Assembly: GCA_964352875.1 (NCBI GenBank) | Contig: CAYGTP010000001.1 | Span: forward strand, 31,471-90,703 | Source: an uncultured Candidatus Saccharibacteria bacterium | GTDB taxonomy: Bacteria; Patescibacteriota; Minisyncoccia; Phycocordibacterales; UBA918 | Length of the DNA: 59,233 nt | Direction of reading: 5' to 3' | Notes under the pieces: generated by a model | Database searches by the model: none | Told to the model about the DNA's origin: nothing | Seen by the model: only the letters and a program-made list of their open reading frames with translations | Shown here: one piece after another, positions 54,327 through 59,233 of the stretch | Layout: every line of letters begins with the position of its first letter | How positions within the stretch are numbered: position 1 is the first letter of the stretch | Translations under genes and position numbers: made by a program

Positions 54327-54381
54327 AACCTCTATTATTGAAATGGAGTGTCCCAATTTTTTGAAGGTGGTTGATTTGTGG
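54327..54381 (+). repeat. cassette junction repeat A, copy 4 (extended form)
   Basis: The copy reads aACCTCTattATTGAAATGGAGTGTcccAATTTTTTGAAGGTGGTTGATTTGTGG. Confidence 0.85.
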
Positions 54382-54396
54382 TAGTCTCACTTTTAG

Positions 54397-54474
54397 TTAC
54401 GAAGCTAGTCGCCACAACTTAATCAGGTTTCCTTCAGGTTCATGAATACGAGCGAACGTGCCAACTTCAGTCAT
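54397..54474 (-). pseudogene. C-terminal remnant of a glyoxalase/VOC-family gene (25 codons)
   Basis: The translation MTEVGTFARIHEPEGNLIKLWRLAS resembles the conserved F.DPDGN.IEL end of VOC proteins. It sits directly next to junction repeat copy 4. Confidence 0.35.
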
Positions 54475-54587
54475 ACTATTTCACTTGTCTTCCTCTTCAA
54501 CAAACTTGTAGACTTTCAGAGTAATAAACCGTACTATGCAAAGTAGGAGTCGAGGCTCCTAACCTTGAACTAGAAAAGGAGAATGTC

Positions 54588-55388
54588 ATGGCTGAGGCTG
54601 CGACAACGACTGGACAGATTGATCTTTTAAATATCGAAAGGCTGGTCACAACAGACCAAATCGACCATCTCACTGAGTATAGAAAATGCTTGGTGCATGC
54701 GATGGGTTCATTCGACATCCTGCGTGTCGTGTGGGAACTGGTTGCCCAACTTCCCATGATGCAAATGCATCGCATGTATAACACGGAGGAAATTTTCAAG
54801 CTTTCAACACTTCACTTGCAGGAGCTGGGCAGAGATGCTCTAGAGCCACTCAAGGACGGTAAGCAAAAACTGATCCTGTGTCCAATCCTCTTGCCTTTGA
54901 AGCGAAAGTTTCCGGGCAAACGCTTCGTTCTTTCTAGTGAAGACAAGCCTATGGAACCTTTGAGCACTTGCGAAAAGGTAACCGAGCAGGGTGTGCTGGA
55001 GCGCATCATACTTGTCGACCGCGATGGATGTTTCCACGCGCTTGAGGGCTATTGGGAAACGATAGACGAGCACTCGTCCAGACCCCATTACGAGCATCAT
55101 GGATATAGACAGCTTAAGGAGGTTTCGCTCAGGCAGATCGAGAATGTTGATGATCTGTATCAAAGCGTCGATGGTGGCGATATGGTGCGTTTCTTCTGGC
55201 TCGCTACTAACTTCATGCGAGAAGCCTTGGATGCTACTCTGGAATCTGCCCGACGTGAATTTGAGAAAAGCGTCGGCGTGGATGGTGAAGGAGAAGAGTT
55301 GGTTCAAGAAAAGTATCTCACCATTATCCGTGCTATGAACTTGTATGGGCAGGTTTGCAGACAAGTCCACCACCGCTACGGTCGCTGA
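54588..55388 (+). CDS. hypothetical protein (266 aa)
   Basis: AAGGAG lies 7 nt upstream of the ATG. The ORF is clean and has its own terminator. No family recognised. Confidence 0.7.
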   Translation: MAEAATTTGQIDLLNIERLVTTDQIDHLTEYRKCLVHAMGSFDILRVVWELVAQLPMMQMHRMYNTEEIFKLSTLHLQELGRDALEPLKDGKQKLILCPILLPLKRKFPGKRFVLSSEDKPMEPLSTCEKVTEQGVLERIILVDRDGCFHALEGYWETIDEHSSRPHYEHHGYRQLKEVSLRQIENVDDLYQSVDGGDMVRFFWLATNFMREALDATLESARREFEKSVGVDGEGEELVQEKYLTIIRAMNLYGQVCRQVHHRYGR

Positions 55389-55410
55389 CAAGCCTTGTCG
55401 AAGAAATTGA

Positions 55411-55441
55411 AGAGTCGCGTTCGCGCGGCTCTTTCTTATTT
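55411..55441 (+). terminator. intrinsic terminator
   Basis: agagtcgcg pairs with cgcggctct, followed by ttcttattt. Confidence 0.7.
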
Positions 55442-55449
55442 AAATGTAG

Positions 55450-55607
55450 GAGGTTCCAATTTCCAAACATCTCTCCAAAATACAGCAAGACGAGCCCTAT
55501 AATTAGGGCTCGTCTTGCTTCAGATTTGGTGGAAGACTTTGTACCAAGTTAGAACCTCTTTAATTGAGATGGAGTGTGCGAGTTTTCTGAAGGTTGTTGA
55601 TTTGTGG
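55450..55607 (+). repeat. compact composite junction repeat B+A (copy Y / A copy 5)
   Basis: B occupies 55450-55550 and is followed directly by A, aACCTCTttaATTGAgATGGAGTGTgcgAgTTTTcTGAAGGTtGTTGATTTGTGG. The composite ends 2 nt from the stop of the NDT-like gene. Confidence 0.85.
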
Positions 55608-55609
55608 GA

Positions 55610-56026
55610 TTAAATCGAATTCAAAAAAGATTCAATGTCTGGGTAGTGTTCTGAGAACATCAAATATAATGTTTCAGGGTTTTCTACCTCTCCAATTATT
55701 ACCATCTTTTTACCAAGACCATATGCTACACCTGCTTCCATGTGTGCAGCCTTTCCAGCTGGTAATAACATGACAATAGTATCGGCATTTTTTAAACCAT
55801 CCATGTCAGTCTTAAAATGGTCTTGATGAACAGGATCATTCCAGAAATCTGGATGTGACTCTAGTATTTTCATCTGTTCTTCCCAAGGAATGTCTGGAAT
55901 GTCAGGGGTTGCTGGTTTGCTAAGGAAGTTGTAGCAAGTAAGTCCTTTGGCCTCGATGCCCTGTACGAGACGCAGGACATTCTTATGATTTCGCACGCGT
56001 CCAATCACCATGTAGTCAGTTTTCAT
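55610..56026 (-). CDS. nucleoside 2-deoxyribosyltransferase-like protein
   Basis: The layout fits this family (KNADTIVMLLPAGKAAHMEAGVAYGLGKKMVIIG). I prefer the start at MKTDYMVIG, which follows a TATACT box. Confidence 0.7.
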   Translation of the reverse strand: MKTDYMVIGRVRNHKNVLRLVQGIEAKGLTCYNFLSKPATPDIPDIPWEEQMKILESHPDFWNDPVHQDHFKTDMDGLKNADTIVMLLPAGKAAHMEAGVAYGLGKKMVIIGEVENPETLYLMFSEHYPDIESFLNSI

Positions 56027-56082
56027 AATCTGGAGTATAGCAAAAAACAAAAACCACCCAAGGGGTGCTTAATGTTTGACAA

Positions 56083-56234
56083 GTGGAGATAGGGAATTGG
56101 TCACGAATCACTAAGTAGATTATTTCGCTATACTCATAATCTACAAAGTGTTCTCGACCCCGACTCGGCGACAAGCACTCCCTTTGGTCGTCTTGTGTAC
56201 CGCCTCCGTCTTTCAATTCCCCCCATCCTCTCAC
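56083..56234 (+). ncRNA. structured RNA-like element R1 (unclassified, strand uncertain)
   Basis: The 5' block GTGGAGATaGGGAATTGGTCACGA is present. gggaattg pairs with caattccc across about 115 nt. An internal hairpin pairs gtagatta with taatctac. A 17-bp-class hairpin follows at 56236-56277. Confidence 0.5.
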
Positions 56235-56279
56235 AAACGCAAAGGCCGCAAAGACATATGTCTTTGCGGCCTGCGTTAT

Positions 56280-56434
56280 GTGGAGATGGGGAATTGGTCA
56301 CGAGTTACTAACTATAATTGTTCGTTTCACTCCAATTCTAGTAAGTACTCTCGACCCCAGCTCGCTCGCCTCCGGCATCGCTGCGCTTTTCAATTCCCGC
56401 ACGCAAGTGAAATTGTTCACTTGCTCATCTCCAC
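56280..56434 (+). ncRNA. structured RNA-like element R2 (tandem paralog of R1)
   Basis: tggagatg pairs with catctcca, and gggaattg with caattccc. The internal helices change sequence relative to R1 but keep their pairing. A terminator-like hairpin follows. Confidence 0.5.
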
Positions 56435-56474
56435 AAATGAAAACACTCCCCGAAGGGAGCTTTTTCATTTGTGG
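56431..56474. terminator. bidirectional terminator-like hairpin after R2
   Basis: In ccacaaatgaaaa-cactccccgaagggag-ctttttcatttgtgg, the 5' arm overlaps the 3' arm of the R2 outer helix by 4 nt. Confidence 0.6.
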
Positions 56475-56638
56475 ACCTCGATAGAAATTTATTGAACTCC
56501 ACAAAAAGCTTTATCTATCAGTGGTACCAGTATTTTAATGACCCACAGAATGCTAATTTATCTATGAATTCAGCCATTCCTGCTTAAGCATTTCAAAAAG
56601 ATAAGGTGCACCCCTAGTTAGTTAAACACTAGAAGTAA

Positions 56639-57187
56639 TTAACTAGATAAATACTCTTTCAAAAAACTTTTCTCTCGTTCGAGAATGAAATGACCCTCAA
56701 ATTTACCTGGAGTATCAGTTTCCATCTTTGCAAGTACTTCACTAGGTGGGAGCCATAAGGTTGATTGACCTTCTTCAATTTCTCCTTCCTCTAATGCTGG
56801 TTGACCAATTTCTCCAATCACTTTAGCAACAAATGCATAGGAGATATGGATCATGTTGTATTTATTTCTATACTCAATTGTGACTCCAATCGGTTTAATA
56901 AGTTCACAGTCGCATCCAACTTCTTCAAGCACCTCTCTTTTTAAAGCCTCTTCTGCAGTCTCGCCGGGATCGATACCTCCTCCAGGTAGTTTGTGATAAG
57001 TATAGGTAGATAGATATTGAGTAGCCATGTTGCCTTCATTATCCAGCAGAATAGCTCGGGCACTTTTCCGAAGAGTGTAGTTTGAGCCTAGTTGCTCAGC
57101 TTCACCTAAACCTAAAGTCTTTTCACTAATTTCGTTTAGTATTTTCATGAATATATTATTATCGTTTACCTTCCCATTCTGCGTCAA
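56639..57187 (-). CDS. NUDIX hydrolase
   Basis: The Nudix box GGGIDPGETAEEALKREVLEEVGC is present. The start is uncertain, either 57187 or the MKILNE start at 57148. Confidence 0.8.
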   Translation of the reverse strand: MTQNGKVNDNNIFMKILNEISEKTLGLGEAEQLGSNYTLRKSARAILLDNEGNMATQYLSTYTYHKLPGGGIDPGETAEEALKREVLEEVGCDCELIKPIGVTIEYRNKYNMIHISYAFVAKVIGEIGQPALEEGEIEEGQSTLWLPPSEVLAKMETDTPGKFEGHFILEREKSFLKEYLSS

Positions 57188-57815
57188 ATTGCTCTAGGTA
57201 TTGTTCCATGAACTTGTGGCGACCTTCTGCCATCTCTTTGCCAGTCTCAGTATTCATTAAATCCTTAAGGAGTAATAGTTTTTCGTAGAAGTGGTTGAGC
57301 GTTGGAGCTGTACTGTTTTTATACTCCTCTTTAGACATTGCAAGATTTGGTTTTATGTTTGGATCGTATAGTGCTCTACCTTTATGTCCTCCATAGTTAA
57401 AAGTACGAGCAATACCAATTGCTCCCACAGCATCTAGTCGATCTGCATCTTGAACCACAGCCAGCTCAGGAGACATCCATTGCTGACCTTCGATAGAACC
57501 TTTAAAAGAAATGTGTCGAACGATGTTTTCTACATGCTCAATAACGTCCTCCGGTAGTTCCAGTGAAGTGAGATAATCTCGAGCAGTTTTGGGACCAATC
57601 TCCTCATCACCATTATGAAATTTTGAGTCAGCAATGTCATGGAGTAATGCACCCAACTCAACAATTAGAGTATTCACTCCAGCTTCTTTTTCAGCTATGT
57701 GCTGAGCATTTTTCCATACTCTGTAAATGTGCCACCAGTCATGCCCACCTTCTGCTTCAGAAAGTGTTTGCTTAACAAATTCGACAGTCTTATCAACTAT
57801 TTCTTGGTTGTGCAT
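57159..57815 (-). CDS. HD-domain metal-dependent phosphohydrolase
   Basis: HDWWHIYRV and GALLHDIAD are present. Confidence 0.85.
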   Translation of the reverse strand: MHNQEIVDKTVEFVKQTLSEAEGGHDWWHIYRVWKNAQHIAEKEAGVNTLIVELGALLHDIADSKFHNGDEEIGPKTARDYLTSLELPEDVIEHVENIVRHISFKGSIEGQQWMSPELAVVQDADRLDAVGAIGIARTFNYGGHKGRALYDPNIKPNLAMSKEEYKNSTAPTLNHFYEKLLLLKDLMNTETGKEMAEGRHKFMEQYLEQFDAEWEGKR

Positions 57816-57819
57816 AAAA

Positions 57820-58350
57820 TTATTTATATAAATCAGGTTTAATAAATGGTATTAGAGCAAATACTATTGCATCTCTATAAAAATCTTTACGAGTTATAGC
57901 CTCATTAGTTAGAACTCCAATTGTGCCGCCCTTGTGTTTGGAATTCGTCTCATCGAAAGCGATGTCAGTGGCAATACCGAGCTCTTCTCCCTTATCAATT
58001 AGCTCGCTTACTCTATCAGGTAATAAAAATGAACCTGTGCGTCCAAAACCAGCTTTACCGTTCTTTCCTAAGATACTCATCCATGCGAATGCCCAATACT
58101 CACCTTCAATCTTTTCTAGTCCTCCCTCTAATCCTACGTAAAAATCTGCTTTCGGATATTCCACCTTGCAAGCCTCTGCCCGGTTTGCAGCTCCTTGTTT
58201 TGTTTCCTCTTGACCCATTGGTTGGTCAGGAACACCTGATGAGGCTGAGAAGGTGATAAATTCTAATTCTTCACCAGGAAAAGCTAACGCAAACGCCTCT
58301 TTTGTAGTTTCTAATTTAACTGGGTTATTTGATCCAACAATGATTTGCAT
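57820..58350 (-). CDS. non-canonical purine NTP phosphatase (YjjX/DUF84-type inosine/xanthosine triphosphatase)
   Basis: MQIIVGSNNPVKLETTKEAF...GVPDQPMG is typical of the family. Confidence 0.8.
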   Translation of the reverse strand: MQIIVGSNNPVKLETTKEAFALAFPGEELEFITFSASSGVPDQPMGQEETKQGAANRAEACKVEYPKADFYVGLEGGLEKIEGEYWAFAWMSILGKNGKAGFGRTGSFLLPDRVSELIDKGEELGIATDIAFDETNSKHKGGTIGVLTNEAITRKDFYRDAIVFALIPFIKPDLYK

Positions 58351-58353
58351 AAT

Positions 58354-58677
58354 TTATTCAAAATCTAATAATGGAAATACATCTAAAGCTACTTCTTCGT
58401 ATGGATGGTTATCCTTGAGGACTTGTTTGAGCAGGGGGAGTTGGTCCTTTGTGCACACAAATTCAATTACTACCTCAGCTACTTCTTCTAGCTTACCAGC
58501 TTCTCCAATATGCGGATTAGCTTCAGCATTTGGCATAAAATAGCCTTTTCCTCGAGTCACAAAGCTACAATGGCTATAGTTGCCTATTTTTCCTATTCCT
58601 GCGTCACCTATAGCCATTCTGACCCTTTCGGAGTCGTTTTCAGGGCATGTTAGCCAAACTTTTACTCGTTCTTGCAT
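58354..58677 (-). CDS. COG3323-type (NIF3-associated, PII-like fold) small protein
   Basis: IGNYSHCSF, GKLEEVAEVVIEFVC and HPYEEVALDVFPL are present. Confidence 0.7.
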   Translation of the reverse strand: MQERVKVWLTCPENDSERVRMAIGDAGIGKIGNYSHCSFVTRGKGYFMPNAEANPHIGEAGKLEEVAEVVIEFVCTKDQLPLLKQVLKDNHPYEEVALDVFPLLDFE

Positions 58678-58742
58678 AGGTGCAGTATATCAAATATGTG
58701 AGACGTTATTGCAGTAATGTAACATGAGAGTAAAATGTAAAC

Positions 58743-59225
58743 ATGAGCAAAAAGGACTCCAGAGTGTCATTCTCTGCATATTTCAATGTTAAAAAAGCTG
58801 ATCTCAAAACAGCTAATTTTTTTAACATCTCTCTCATTTCGGACGTACCTCTTTTCATCGACCCTTTTCACCTGTTCTACAGTGATAATAAAGATTATGA
58901 GGCTTTACATGATGAGATCATTAGGTATCTGTCTTTCTTAAGAGACCACTCTGTTAGAAAGAGGGGAGGAACTCTAAATAAAGCGGACCTAGACCTTTAC
59001 TATCGCTTCCCAGAAGTAAAACAAAACTGGTTTGGCTATTCATGTGTAGGAAATCAGGGTAGAGGATTAGGTAAAACATTTGCAGATGCTCTAAATGACA
59101 ATTTCTATAAGCTTTTTAAAACAGGCACCCCAGGTCACTTAGAAAAATTAACTTTAGTAGCCGATAGGGTTGGTAAAGACTGGAAGGTACCCCAAAATTG
59201 GCACACCTTTTCTAAAGTCAGTTAA
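58743..59225 (+). CDS. hypothetical protein (160 aa)
   Basis: Clean ORF at the window edge. No family recognised. Confidence 0.55.
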   Translation: MSKKDSRVSFSAYFNVKKADLKTANFFNISLISDVPLFIDPFHLFYSDNKDYEALHDEIIRYLSFLRDHSVRKRGGTLNKADLDLYYRFPEVKQNWFGYSCVGNQGRGLGKTFADALNDNFYKLFKTGTPGHLEKLTLVADRVGKDWKVPQNWHTFSKVS

Positions 59226-59233
59226 TAATACTA

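Noticed and set aside
47093-55607. Whether the junction repeats, or the REP cluster at 24.2-25.7 kb, could be CRISPR arrays.
   Set aside because: The junction repeats are spaced irregularly, 0.6-2.6 kb apart, and the intervals contain full genes with their own signals. The REPs are short perfect palindromes in both orientations at irregular spacing. No cas genes are present. Neither set fits CRISPR architecture.
47093-55607. A classical integron (attC sites) or a dif/Xer-type tandem insertion as the explanation of the cassette array.
   Set aside because: No intI-like or other recombinase gene lies in the window. Cassette genes point in both directions. The repeat lacks the imperfect palindromic R''/L''-L'/R' organisation and GTTRRRY core of attC, and it does not resemble the 28-bp dif consensus. 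An unknown recombination system remains possible and is reported as a finding.
47789-55612. Programmed stop-codon read-through or an alternative genetic code as the reason the repeat frame continues past the stops of the CPBP, IMPase and NDT-like genes.
   Set aside because: The stops involved are TAG and TAA. These same codons terminate the conserved ribosomal protein genes at their expected lengths, and all conserved genes are intact under the standard bacterial code. Three in-frame cases is also a small sample, with a chance probability of roughly 1 in 27.
56083-56434. R1 and R2 as tRNA or tmRNA genes, or as retron msr/msd RNAs.
   Set aside because: No cloverleaf with a T-arm GTTCRA loop or a D-arm could be drawn on either strand. 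The terminal inverted repeats resemble retron a1/a2 pairing, but no reverse transcriptase gene is adjacent, and in R2 the 3' side is interrupted by an extra hairpin. The ORFs called across this region (56148-56495, 56278-56484, 56298-56504) have no ribosome-binding site, and they span the strong hairpin at 56236-56277 or the helices that covary between R1 and R2.

Overview
This 59.2-kb window looks like a small-genome, CPR/Patescibacteria-like bacterium. That is an inference from four observations: the S10/spc-type ribosomal protein cluster has no L30 gene, core genes have weak Shine-Dalgarno motifs, a phosphoketolase/acetate kinase pair is present, and there is a SipW/TasA-type secreted-protein operon. 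Recognisable core genes, in order: rpsS-rplV-rpsC-rplP-rpmC-rpsQ-rplN-rplX-rplE; rpsN-rpsH-rplF-rplR-rpsE-rplO-secY; a cluster of nucleotide kinases (cmk-like, gmk, adk) with map and ndk; a beta-CASP RNase; a desaturase; rplT-rpmI-infC; xfp-ackA; a histidine kinase, receiver and nuclease; tdh-kbl. Composition varies strongly across the window, and four parts stand out. (1) A roughly 9-kb high-GC island (4.5-13.5 kb) splits rplE from rpsN. It uses strong Shine-Dalgarno sites and encodes unrecognisable multi-pass membrane proteins and micro-ORFs, with no mobility gene. (2) A roughly 95-nt structured element occurs twice, immediately upstream of rpsS and of rpsN, each time where the ribosomal cluster resumes after non-ribosomal DNA. 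(3) A REP/RAYT unit (24.2-25.7 kb) sits next to a membrane gene frameshifted at a homopolymer. (4) From 47 to 56.5 kb there is a low-GC array of gene cassettes: mazEF; CPBP/padR/pspC; IMPase/Nudix; pyrD/pyrC; an unknown protein; an NDT-like protein. The cassettes are separated by six copies of a conserved junction repeat, and the array ends at two tandem, roughly 150-nt structured RNA-like elements whose helices show compensatory changes. I saw no rRNA, tRNA or CRISPR array. All coordinates, repeats and folds were worked out by eye from the sequence. No database search was possible.
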